Positions 1-11,623 of a stretch of 64,000 nucleotides of DNA are shown here, piece after piece (positions within the stretch are counted from its first letter, which is position 1; each line of letters opens with the position of its first letter). The stretch is from Squalus acanthias. Its lineage: Eukaryota. The notes below the pieces were generated by a model. The model was not told the DNA's origin and ran no database searches. It saw only the letters and a list, made by a program, of their open reading frames with translations. Location of the stretch: contig CM059425.1 of the NCBI GenBank assembly GCA_030390025.1, forward strand, positions 168,084,001-168,148,000, read 5' to 3'. The position numbers were made by a program, and so were the translations under genes.

Positions 1-243
1 CCATCGAGATGCTAAAGCAATGGTTCCGCTGCCTTGACTACTCAGGAGGAGCCCTCCAGTTGAATGCTTCACAACTTGGCCATCAGGAAGGCGTAGCCCT
101 TGCCACCACGGGTTCCGGGACCACCTCAGGAGGAGAAGGAGGAAGAGGAAGAGGAAAAGTAAGAGGAAGGGAGGAGGCAGGCAGCAGATCCACATTCCGG
201 ATGGGCTGTCCGTGAGCGCTTCATCAGACTCCGGTTCCAGTGA
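1..243 (+). pseudogene. C-terminal remnant of a PIF/Harbinger (HARBI1-like DDE) transposase, cut by the window edge
   Basis: Translates IEMLKQWFRCLDYSGGALQ, matching LLKMRFxCLDRSGGALQY of the element at 41247-42490. A disrupted LHNLAI motif, an acidic tract and RERFIRLRFQ* follow. Confidence 0.85.
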
Positions 244-398
244 ATGAAACCCCAGATCCCCGTTGCTCACCACTTCCCCGTCTTACCATCCCTCTGTCAC
301 GGACCATCACAGCGTCCTCCTGGGCACAAATCTGAAATAAGAGCCACCACAAAACAAACATTCCAATTTATCAGTACAAATCAAAAGAACAAAGTCAA

Positions 399-932
399 CT
401 AATCACCCTTGTACATTCCCTTAGTGTCTGTCTTTCGTGTACCTTTTCCTACTCTAGAGCTCCTACAAAGTCCCTCAGTGGCTGCAGCATGGCTGGTGGA
501 AGGCTGCTGACTTTCAGTAGGGGAGACAGCAAATGGCCTTGTAGGACCACCTTGAGCAGCTCTGGGCCTAGAAGGCCTGGCTGTATACTGCACCACCTCG
601 GCATGGGCAGCAGCAGTCTGGGCTGGCTGGATGACAGGCAGCAGCAAGGGCACTGGCAGAGTGGCAATGGTGGGAGTAGGAATGCTGTCATCCTGAGAGA
701 GGACAGCAGGTTCTTGCTCCATGGAGCCACTGCCACTCCCCGTGGCGCGCCTCAGCATTCCTAGCCATCTGTTGGGGGACAGATTGCTGGAGTGCTGTAA
801 GACCCTGCAAGCCCCTTTCCACACTCGTAAACCCAGCGATGATGGCAGCAGTCTGAGCTTCGACTGCAGCACTGAGACATTGGGTCGCTCTCTCTGTGCT
901 GCAATGAAAGCTGTGGCATCGCCCATCACAGG
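399..932 (-). pseudogene. C-terminal part of the convergent Harbinger second ORF (Myb/SANT-like partner)
   Basis: Low-complexity P/A/S/R-rich ORF ending KGMYKGD*, tail-to-tail with the transposase remnant, the usual Harbinger layout. It breaks off at a CR1 fragment. Confidence 0.6.
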
Positions 933-1056
933 TTCTAGTAATTTCCCCACAACTGACGTTGGACTAAATTTCCTAGTTGATCTCTAATACCCTTCTTAAA
1001 TAATAATAGAATGACATTGGCAGTTTTCCAATCCAAGGGGACAGTTTCAGAATCAA
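933..1056 (-). mobile_element. Short CR1 ORF2 fragment
   Basis: DSETVPLDWKTANVILLLFKKG matches DSGTVPMDWRVANVTPLFK of the CR1 ORF2 at 50524-51834. Confidence 0.8.
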
Positions 1057-1057
1057 A

Positions 1058-1902
1058 GGGCTGGATTTTGCCAATGGGGAGCTTTTGGAGGCAGGACTCC
1101 CACTTGTCGGGTTTTAGTCCCGCCTCCATCAACTTCTGGCCAACCCACGCTATTTTCCCTTGATTGACCTTGTTAAGCCCGCCCAGCGGGCTTAGCAAGC
1201 CAATTAAGGGGAAGCCGGTTACAGAGAACGTCAGCGTATGACATTTCATCTGTCAAAAGTTTTTGACAGATGAATTGTCATCATTTGACAGCTTTGAGAA
1301 ACTGTCAAACACTGACATTCTCTGTTGTTTGGTGAGATCTTGTACTCAAGGCTCACCAAACCTATTTTGTGAGCAGAAAGCAGATGGCTGTTGCATCGGA
1401 GAATGCAGCAACCATCTGTCATCTCTGCCGGTGAGATGCCAGAGCCTCCACATCCCCAACGATTGTAGCCTGCAGGAAGAAACAAAGGTAAGTAAACTTT
1501 TTCTATCACTTTTCACTCACCTCACATACTTACCTCTCCACACTTGCACCCATCACTCACCTCCACAGCGCACTTTTGGACCCCTCCGACCCCCGCAGAC
1601 TCACTGCTCGCCTCGCTGACCCTGGCGGGGTTTCCCGATGTCGGGAAGCCCGCACCTATGATGGAAAAATGGGGATAATCCTCTTAACTGCTTGTTAACT
1701 ATCTGTTAACAGGCAGTTAAGTGGCTGTAATCCCCTTCCCACCTCCAGGAGACGGGACTCGGCGCGGGTCAGGTACCCGCCTCCTGGGAAGATGGCATGG
1801 AGGCGGGTTGGGGGCGGGATGGGTATCTGCCCCCAGATTCTGCCATTTTCCCAGCAGTCCCGCCTCCAAACCCGCCTCCCCAGGGCTGGGAAGATCGCCC
1901 CC
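1058..1902. mobile_element. Harbinger-type MITE (about 845 bp), copy 1
   Basis: Imperfect TIRs GGGCTGGATTTTGCCA and TGGGAAGATCGCCCCC. Colinear with 39641-40487. Its right end is the reverse complement of the left end of the Harbinger at 40720. Confidence 0.9.
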
Positions 1903-4390
1903 TTGGTTTCTGGTACAAAGGCAAATGGGGATTTTTCTGCACTGGTTCAGTAGTGTATCAATACGTTTCAGACAAAGGAATAGTATCTGAGTTTATCACT
2001 AAAACACAACTGCATATCATTCCATGTAATCCCTATTGTAATTCAGTTGCTCTTTACATTATATAATAAATGCCATAGATTGAAAAAAAGGCAAAAGTAC
2101 ATTTACTATATTTCTAGTTATATGTTAATATGATAATAAAAATAGACTCTGATCTTTATATACCATTTACAACAACCAAACTGAAGAACAGTTCACAATT
2201 AGAAAGGGGTGCTTGGCTAAACCTGAAGCATAGGTTTTAAAATAATATTTTCTGTCTCCCTTATCCTGGTGCCAAAATCATACAGCCAATTTTTTTATCT
2301 ATCTGCAAATATACTGCTGGGATTAGAGAGCTGGATTTAGTAGTGTAAATGTCAGAGATGGCTCATAGATACCAGTCACCTAGAATCTGACCTATACAAG
2401 TGCCAGAACAAAAGTGACTTAAGTTTCTGCCAGCTCTTTGACTAATTGCAGCTGCCTGCTCTCCTTGTTCCTGTGCCACCATGCTCTCACAAAGGCAACA
2501 GCCAAACAAATCATTAAAACATTGGCATCAGCTCATTGTCGATTTACGGACGGGCAGTAGGTCGAGTGTGGGTCTTGCAAGTGGAACGTCTTGGTTTCAA
2601 ACATTGGCAAAGATTCGTCAGCATTTTATGCTTCCTAGGGGGATAACATGAAAAATCAGGAGACAACAGGACTGTCCCAGTACCTTCTGTCTGTTTGGCA
2701 ATGGAAACAGGGATTGGCAATATGCACAATAGGGATTTCATGACTAATTGGGATTAATCTCCATGGGTAATCGCATTCTTTTTTGTATACATAACATTCC
2801 TGGCACTCATAAAAAAATCAAGAAACAAAAACCACTTTCAAGATAGCAACTGCACAAAGTGAAGATTGTTGGAAATTTATATGGAATATAATTTTTCAAA
2901 TATAATTTTTTTTAATACAGCTTTAAAGATCAATTGTCATCAAGAAATTCCAGTAACCAAATGCCAGCACAGTGGTACAAAAAACTGGCAGAGTGTCAAT
3001 GGGCACATTTATCTACCATGATTTTTTACAATAACAATATTAGCTGGGCATCATTGAGAAAATTATTCCATAGATGCACAGTGAATCCCACATGTAACAA
3101 ATACCTAGTCGCCATGTTGCAAGTTTATTACATGCGGTGTTCATTCAATGTGGGCATGAATTATTTCTGAAAATATAATAGAGCATTATCAGCATAGTGC
3201 AGTGCATTCAATTCTTCTCACTGTACAACACGAGCTACGCGCATGTCATACAGTATCAGCTATTGCTAAAATAGAGAGAAAGTATCACACACAAACCTTA
3301 AATTAATCTTAATTTTCTATTTCTTGAAGTGTGGAGTAATAATATTTTTTATGTTTACACTTCAGGGTGCTGTAGTTCAGTAGAATGAAATACCCGGCTG
3401 CATAAGATGCAGGAACTTGGGGCCAATCAGATTTACGTCAAAGGAACGAGAAGGCACAGGTGGTCCAGTTTTGTGCAGCTCCATGGTAAGTATGAGGAAT
3501 AAAAGGGCACAGGTATCAATCATTGGAAAAGTATATACTTTATTTTTGTGGGGGTTGTCTGCAGTCTGCAGTAGGGGCTAAGCTTCAAACTATAAATAGG
3601 GGTTAAGACTCAATCTTGACAAGTGGATGCTTTGGAAGACAGATTTAAATGTCGCAAATTGGATGGTAATACTGTTCGCATATAACATTGTAAATGGGTA
3701 ATCTATTTATTACATGCAAACAGGATTACTATAGAATCACACTGTACATAATTTGGGGCATTTACATGTGTGCATTGTAAATGGGGATTCATTCAAACTG
3801 GATACTTAATAAGCCGGATTTACTGTATGCCAATCTAGACGTGTCCCCTCATCCCCAGTGATCCTTCTCCACCAGGTTATCCCCTGTTAACATGCAGGGA
3901 CATCTGGATTACAAGCCAGAAATTTGATTCCAGGCATCAAAAGCCATATAATATTAATGACACATTTTACAGTAATGAGGGATTATAAGTACAATGCAGC
4001 ACTCCTGAGAATAGAGGTTGACGTTCCATGCTTTGAAGGTTAAATGTTAAATTGCTGCATGGTCGTAACCAAACACAGGGGCTTCAATTGTGGTCTGATT
4101 TTTTGACAGCTAAGGTCAGGTACCATACCAGGAGACATATTGTACATTGCTCACAGAGCTTGTTCTTGTTAGTTGTTAGCTGTGAGCTGGCTATTGCTCC
4201 CTCTGTTTTCCCTCTCATTGCAGCAAGTATTCTGACATACAGACTGGTATCTAAAGATAGGAGTCCTGTGAATGAGTGTGCACAGAGATATTCTTCTGTC
4301 CTGCACTATTACTGAATGCTGTAAACTGTGAACTTAATGCAAAAAATTTACAAATACATTAACAGCACTGTTAATAATTTTCAGACACTC

Positions 4391-4725
4391 CTTTTTTGTT
4401 TATTCATTCTCGGGATACGGGTGTCGCTGGCAAGACCAACATTTATTGCCCATCCCTAGTTTCCCTTAGAAGGTGGTGCAGGGCCTTTTTTCCTAAACCA
4501 GTGGTATAGCAGTTTGATACAACTGTGTGGCTTGCTAGGCCACTTCAGAGGGCAGTTAAGAGTCAACCACATTGGTGTGGGAACTGAAGTAATATATCGG
4601 CCAGACCAAGTAAGAACAGCAAGTTTCCTTCCCTAAAGGATATCAGTGAACCAGTTGGATTTTTATAGCAATCCGACAGCTTCATGGTTACTTTTATTGA
4701 TACTCGCTTTTTATTTCCAGATAGC
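4391..4725 (-). mobile_element. SINE-like element sharing its 3' tail with the LINE family at 19252-21018
   Basis: Tail ATTTATTGCCCATCCCTA is the reverse complement of the LINE 3' end. Body is colinear with 31908-32230. Confidence 0.75.
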
Positions 4726-4778
4726 TTCAAGAGGGATAAGGGTGAGTGAACAGCACTGAAACAAAAACATACAACAGA

Positions 4779-4866
4779 ATTCTGTTGAAGAGACACACAC
4801 AAACACAAACTTGTCTTTTCCCCTTTTAGATGCTGATCGACCTGCTGTGCATTTCAAACATTTTCT
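4779..4866 (+). mobile_element. Degenerate Penelope-like terminus (family B)
   Basis: TTCTGTTGAAGAG...AGATGCTGATCGACCTGCTGTGCATTTC aligns by eye with 38207-38300. The hammerhead core has decayed. Confidence 0.55.
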
Positions 4867-4875
4867 AAGATATGA

Positions 4876-5081
4876 AGCTGGAAATTACTGTTGGTGATAA
4901 TAACAGACGAATGCTTCAAATGCTTGTCTGACATTCTTTGGTCTGTTGTTTAACGGATGGGAGAGGGGGTTAATGTATTTAACTAATTGGGTTAATAGCA
5001 ACCCCCTTTTAAAATCTCAGGCAGAGGAAAGTCATGTGTTAACCATTCCCCTGCTATTATCATCAACAGCAATTTCTTGCC
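4876..5081. mobile_element. Old palindromic MITE
   Basis: GAAATTACTGTTGGTGATAATAACAG pairs imperfectly with CTGCTATTATCATCAACAGCAATTTC. Confidence 0.6.
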
Positions 5082-5524
5082 TATATTGCTTTTCTAACTA
5101 ACAAAATTTTCTTGTATTGGAAATTAAACCTATAGCACACGGCATTCATTAAAAAAAAACTTAAACGCACAAAAACATGGTTTGCAGGAATGGGGAACTA
5201 AATTATGTCTTTTCAGACTGAGACCTTTGCAACCTATTATACTCATTAATTATGAATGTCACTCCTCACATTTCCCTTGAGATGTTGACTACTTTAATAC
5301 ATATGGTGAGGGCTCTCTCCTTGGTTACTGTATGGTAACAAAGGGAATCTCCACCATGAGCACATAAACCATTTTTAAAATTACAGACATAGCTCGATTC
5401 TACAACACTCTCATTAACAGGACAACAGCCAACATCATAAATCATAATAGCACACAGTAGTAAAATTGTAAATTGGGGTCTCAGTGAAATGCTTTAAATT
5501 AAGTAAAACCCTTCACCATTCCAA

Positions 5525-5762
5525 CCCCACTCCCTATTTTATTTCCACACCTTGACACTTCTGGAAGTGCAGTGACACGAATGCTGAAATAAAACCAGTT
5601 AATGTAGTCACAGCAGGATCAACCTCATCTCAAAAAAGCATCTGCAGCTAGTCTCGAAGAAAATAAACCATCACTGGAGACAACTGTCTGATGTACTCCA
5701 GAAAGTTCCTTTGAGGAAAACAATTCTTTTGATGAGCTGTATTTTAGCAGCTTACTTGTATT
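5525..5762 (+). repeat. Unclassified ancient dispersed repeat, copy 1 (copy 2 at 62192-62430)
   Basis: Colinear shared blocks CCTATTTTATTTCCA, CCAGTTAA, TCTCAAAAAAGCANCTGCA, AGACAAC and TTTTAGCAGCTTANTTGT. Confidence 0.75.
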
Positions 5763-5769
5763 ATATAAT

Positions 5770-5956
5770 GCCCCTGAAAATCTGCTGGGGTTCTACCAGT
5801 CTCCTGTTGTAACTCCAGCAGCAGACCAGCTGAAACTCCAAGGACATAGTACATATGGCTGAAATTGGTTGTTTAAACAGTTTCCCTGGGGTTTATGCCA
5901 GATTCCTGCTAGGGTTACTGCAGAAGACCAGTAGAACCTCCATGAAATTTTAGGCC
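5770..5956. mobile_element. Short palindromic MITE
   Basis: GGTTCTACCAGTCTCCTGTTGTAACTCCAGCAG pairs imperfectly with CTGCTAGGGTTACTGCAGAAGACCAGTAGAACC. Related ends at about 8600 and 54157. Confidence 0.65.
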
Positions 5957-6702
5957 ATCTTCTTTGATGACAAACACTCAATAAATATATCTGTAACTGC
6001 AACTCTCATAAACTATCAGCTCATCTGAAAGATTTCTGCGTCAAGGTTGTGCCTAACAGTGGGACAAGGTAACGCCTGATTGATTCTAACATCTATCAGT
6101 CTGTCATCCAATTAATCAGATTGGTTGATACTAACAACCTCCAATCCCAGTGTGGAAAAAAGCTGATTTTCCTTGTAAAAATCTGATATGTAGGTTAAAA
6201 TAGTGAAATAGTTAAAATAGAGGGCATGTATGAAGTCTGCACTGGCTGTGTAAACAGCCCGAGACCAACTGTTGTGTTCCAAATGTTACTCTGACTAAGA
6301 TCAGCTAACTCAGCAAAAACCAGAGATTCAACCAGATTTTCCAAGTATGTGTGAGTCAATATGACATAATTTGATGCATTTATGCACTGGGCCATCACAC
6401 AAGACCTATGCCAATTTCCCATACAGATAGTACCCCTTGGCTGTGCTGTAATGCTGATACAGATAAGGAGTTGCATGAGCATGTGCAGCTTGTTGCCATG
6501 GTGACAGGTAGGGCTCTCATCAACTCTGAGAGGCAATGTGAGGTTGTTTGATTTTCATTTTCTGTCAGCTATGTGAGGTGAGTGCACTTCTGTTTTTGGT
6601 ACTGTTACCACAGAATGCTCAGACAGCTATTAAGGTAAGTTGCTATGGTTAAGTCTGGTGTTTGCTCTTTGTGTGAGCAAGTGCACAGCTGTTTGCATTT
6701 AT

Positions 6703-6896
6703 GGGGCTAATTCCCCAATTAGACACTCCGGGTGAGGAGCGGTGTTCACAGGGAGCACTAGTCAGGGAAATCAAAAGCCCACAGCCCCTGGTTTTCTATT
6801 CATTTATTTAAATATCAAGGTGTGTGGGCCTGAGATTTCCTGACCAGCACTCCATGTGACCGCAGCTCCTCACCAGAAGGGTCTGGTCAGGGAATC
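6703..6896. mobile_element. Short palindromic MITE
   Basis: GGTGAGGAGCGG..TCACAGGGAG..GTCAGGGAAATC pairs with GATTTCCTGAC..CTCCATGTGA..GCTCCTCACC. Confidence 0.65.
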
Positions 6897-7299
6897 AATA
6901 ATATATTTCAGCTCTCAATAACTCATTGGGAAAGTAGTTCCAGTTCAGTTGCTAGCTCATCTACACAAAATAAGTTCCATACCCCACACGTGAGTTATAT
7001 CACAGATGGGGTCATTGGCGACATGTGATATTAGAAGGAATGTCTTTTAGGATCCACAGTGTGTTACAACATTGTACAATTATATACAACTCACTTTACT
7101 ACCAACACCGTGTGTCAACCTTGCTTAGGTTATATATAATGGAATATATAAATATATATTTATATGATGTCTTGTGTCTGTCGTAAGTCAATTATCAACT
7201 AGGCCATGACCATCAAGTCTATCATGTACACCAGGATGCCTGACCCTCTTCAGTAGTCTCAGGATACTGACCTTCTGGGCTTGCTTTCACAGTCAGAAT

Positions 7300-8016
7300 G
7301 GTCCAAGATTTGCTGAATGAAAGGTGCCCACTGTTAGTTAGACTTACCCTTACCCGTTTAATCTCCATGATATTTTGTATGGCAAGTTGCGGATAATGTG
7401 AGATGGAAATGGTGCGGCGCCTTCTACAGGGCATCTGGGACCTGAGTAAACAGAGCAAGCAACTGTGTACCTCCTTAACCAATCAGATTGAAGAATTCTG
7501 AAATTAACAGCGCAAGGGCTGAGAAGGAAGTATAAATTAGAGTGGGTGTCAAATCAGGTACAGAAAGAGAAACAAAGAGAGGGATAGAAAGATTGGATTA
7601 AGAGAGAGAGAGAAAAAAGAGACAAAAGAAAAAGTAAAATGAATTATATTTTTTCAATCTCCAACAATTAAAACCTAAAGGAATGAGACTCCACATTTGA
7701 AATAGTTAATTTTCAGTGTCAGAGAGGTTGACTGGCAGTAATTAACACTTATCACATCAATAAAAGGGTACTTAGACTTGAAATTACTTGACTTAACTTT
7801 CTGTGGCGAGTTTACTGTGTATCTACAGTGCAAGTACACGAACTTCACGCCGCTCAATGCATTGAATGGGAAGCCAGACAGCGAGATACCGTTTTTGCAA
7901 AGTTTCCCGACTTTAATCGCACATCTGCCCTCGTCTGAAATTGCTGTGGCATTTGCGCATAAATAGCAGTGAGCGCCATTAGCCCTAGACATTATTTTGA
8001 CAACAAATTTTGGGCC
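7300..8016. mobile_element. MITE (about 717 bp) of the same family as 37508-38450, in opposite orientation
   Basis: Imperfect TIRs GGTCCAAGATTTG and CAAATTTTGGGCC, flanked by AAT on both sides. Body is the reverse complement of 37508-38450. Confidence 0.8.
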
Positions 8017-8599
8017 AATGTTTTACACATGCACAGTGAACAGTAGTCATTTGCCTCTGTGCAATTAATACACACAGTAGTGGATAGTTTGTAATAAGCA
8101 ATCATGGCCAGCTTCAACTTACTTAGAGCACCTACAGAGGTAGTCATAAGGGAGGGAGTCAGAGAACTCACAGCTGCCCACTGCTCTACCCTCAGAGAGA
8201 TTATAGGGGCTTGTAAGGACATGCCTTCCAGCAGTGACATATGTGCAGAAATATAGGAGGAGCCAGCTGCCTCTCATGTCAGTGGCAACTCAGTGCTAGC
8301 ATGTAGCCATGCACAAGAGATTGCAGACAAGCAGCCAAAGCACTAATCCCCCAGCAGTTCCTGCAAGAAGTCCCCCTGGCATTAATGCGGGTATATCAAA
8401 GGTACTGTGCCATGCAGCTGGTCAGTTGCTTCAACAAATACCCACCACTTCTACTCCCTCAGGGAAGCACTTAGATTTAGGTCACCTCAAGAACCAGTAT
8501 GAAGAAGTATATCTCAGTAAAAAAAAAACAAATTGGGCAATTAGACCACAAGCACGTAAAGAGCACATGCACTGACACTCAGCATGTGTTTAAACACCG

Positions 8600-8768
8600 A
8601 GGAGCAGAACTTCCGCGAGGCTTCTCTCGTTCTACAGCCGTAACTTGGACGGAAGCCCCGGAGAAACAGCGCAAACAGCCACTAACTCTGTTTCTCTCGG
8701 GTTTCTGCTGATCTTCCTCCAAAGTTACTGCGGGAAATTGGCAAAAACACTGGAGAAATTCTACTCCC
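8600..8768. mobile_element. Short palindromic MITE
   Basis: GGAGCAGAACTTC and GAAATTCTACTCC termini with internal inverted symmetry. Confidence 0.6.
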
Positions 8769-9304
8769 ACATACATTTAAGCACCACCTGCACATATGCC
8801 ATAAGGACTATGGCACTGATAGACAATAACATTTAATTAATTTAAATAAATGTTTCAGTCTGTAATTTTTTTCTGCAGATTAGGGCACCAGGTACGTGTC
8901 ATTAAAAGCTGTCGCACAGGTGCAAATAGCAACCGGGCAGGAAGTGGACCATTAATGGGGTCAAGCAGTTAAATTGGCGTGGCTTGATACAACTGCAGGC
9001 AGTCAGGAAACTCACTCAAATCAGTGGTTTCCCACCGGAAAGCCACTGGCAGTTAGCATCCTCCCTCCCCCCACCCACATGATAAAAGACTGACGAGACA
9101 ATCCTTTTTCAACAGAACTAGAAAATGAACCAAAGTATTACCTCAGGAATAAGTGCATAAAAAGGAAGAGGGCAGACACTGAAGAAAGGACCAACTCCTG
9201 CCAGGTCTACCCAAGGTCAGGGAGGCTTTTTGAGAATGCAAGAACATGTACATACAATCTTTTGTATTTACACCAGACAACCTGGTAGCATTAAAAACAC
9301 ATGG

Positions 9305-10051
9305 GGGGGGAAAAATTGGGTCGCGCCCCTTTTGGCGTGCTAACTCTACTTTTAGTGCCCCGAAAAAGTAAGCGTTCCCGCGCCTGAAATTGAATGGTAG
9401 CGCCCCAAGCAGGAGGCAGGGCACTACTGGAAGCGCTCCCCCTCCCTCTTGGGGCGCTCCAGTTCAATATCGCGGTGCTACGTGCTGCACCACCACGCGC
9501 GCCGGCACATAGCGCCGTGGCACTGCAGGCCTCCCTCCCCTGATTAAAGGGGGGGGGGGGGGCCTTGCGCAGCGCAAACCGGGGCCCTGCTGGGCCACCA
9601 GGGAGCGGAATGCCGACAAAAGAGCCCGGTACTCAAGAGGAGTGCCGGGCTGACGGATCGCAGCCGGCATCCCGCAGGAGGAGGGCAAAGGGGGCAGGTG
9701 CTGGCAGGCGGCCCACAAAGAAAATGGCCGCCCGGCACCTCCCCTTTAAATATTGTCGCCCCGTCCGCAAGTACGCTCCCCTGACCCTGTCGGGCATAGC
9801 GTCCGGCGGTACGTCAGGGGGCATGACCCAAGTTTGCGACTGGGGCGCGAGCAGGGCGCTGCGCACGGCGATGACGTCATCACCGGAGGCGCAGTGCTGC
9901 GGGGCGCTACCGGCCAACGTCGCTGCTAACTTCCCGCTGAATTTTGCGGGAGGTGTTAGCAGCGCCGTGCCCGGGCGCTAGTTACTTTGTGCCCCGTCAG
10001 CGCCCCCTTGGGGCGCTAACGGAAGGCATAAAGCAACCAAATTATGCCCCC
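9305..10051. mobile_element. GC-rich Harbinger-type MITE (GGGGGAAAAATT family)
   Basis: TIRs GGGGGAAAAATTGG and CCAAATTATGCCCCC, probable TGG TSD. Reverse-complement homologue of 15235-15887. Many AGCGCC/GGCGCT motifs. Confidence 0.88.
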
Positions 10052-10533
10052 TGGTAACATTAACAATGAGACACATTCAGCCATGCATTTGTTCACCCCA
10101 TAGACTCTTGTAATTTCACTTATTATGGTATTTTTATGCTGGAGAGAAGCAGTTTACGTTTCTAAATTGTACATAATTCACTCTTGCAGCTTGTGACCCC
10201 ACTTCTTTGCTTGAGTTATTCATTTCCATCTCCCTCCCAGCTCGCTAAGATGTCAGCTGTTAACAGAATGCTTGAACAGTCACCTTTACATAATTATCTA
10301 AATGTTACAAGCGTTTCCAATAGTACAAGAATAGCCATTTCATGTTACTTAACAAACGGCACAGAAACTTCTGTAATTACATATTCATAGATATGCATTA
10401 GCCCCATCCAGCAGAGGCAATTAATCACAGAGATAATTCTGTCATTTATTGGGTAAATTCATGCCCATGAAGTATATAGTCAACAAATTAGAACATAGCA
10501 GCTGAAACAAGGTATACAGACAGAGATAATCTT

Positions 10534-11420
10534 AGATTTTACAATACAGAAGGTGGCCATCTTCTTGCTTCCCTTCTACACATTTTATAATTCTCCGTTT
10601 TCTTCTATATTATTCCTGACATATATTTATCATATGCATTTTTAAATCTCATTTTAACTCTAACCTCTTTATTCATGTATAGGACCACTGCCTTTAATAA
10701 TACTCCTTTACTTCCAAGTCAAGATATATTTAACCTGTACCATATACATCTGGTATTTAACTATCTCTGCTGACTACTGTTTGATCTGCTATTTTTGCAA
10801 CCAATTAGTTAATTTCTACTCCAACACCTTTATCTTGGATTCCTCTTTTTCTTTATCTATTTTCCAAGTGTTCTCCTCCTTTTAGGTCATTTGTCCTGCT
10901 TTGTTACCCAGAACATTACATCATTTCCCTACCCATCTTGACTACAAATATTTGTCTTATCACAGTCTATTTCAGGATAAAGTCTCCATTAATACAACCC
11001 TGTTACTACTACAAACCTTTCTAAATTGCCTACGAAACTCATCCTTGATTTCTTTTGCGGTACATGGTTGTTCATAACGTTCTCCCAGTATCGTAATAGA
11101 TCCCTTCTTATTATTTAACTCTACCTAGATAGACTCTCTTCTTCACCATTATTAAAACTTTCCTTTCGATATCTCTAATTATGTCTTTAATTAATAAGAC
11201 TACTCCCTTTTCCTTCTCTATCTCTCCTGAAAATATTAGTGGGAATATTTAACCCCAGTCTTGCCCCAGCTGAGACCAGTTTCCGTCAAGGCTACAGCAT
11301 CATGTCCCTCCATTTCTTATTAATGCTTCTCTTCCCCAATTTTATTTCTAATACTTTGCACATTCACATATAAACACTGCAACCTTGATGCATTCATACT
11401 CTTCAAGTACCATCTTCCCA
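10534..11420 (-). mobile_element. Ancient, highly degenerate CR1 (AP-endonuclease region of ORF2)
   Basis: Minus-strand remnants DAVALTET, GKGVVLLIKD, ESI*VEL and an MGDF-like motif in the correct order. Confidence 0.7.
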
Positions 11421-11623
11421 TCTATTTTTTTCTTTATCTTTCCCATTACTATCTTTTTTATTAACCTCTCTCCTATATGCCCCCCCAGTATGTTTCTCCA
11501 TTCTGCAATGTGCATCCTCGGAACCCTTCTTCCTCCTGTATAACGCAAAGTGTCTTCAATTGTTTCACAAGTTCAGTAACTTTGAGCTTGAATGATTCCA
11601 TCTGATTGTCCTGGACACTCATG

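Noticed and set aside
6614..6634. 21-nt plus-strand microexon (CACAG|...AAG|GTAAGT)
   Set aside because: Such sites occur by chance, and there is no linked gene or homology.
9464..9981. Overlapping GC-rich ORFs and CpG-island-like composition suggesting a promoter or gene
   Set aside because: Lies wholly within a TIR/TSD-bounded MITE repeated at 15235. The ORFs reflect low stop-codon frequency.
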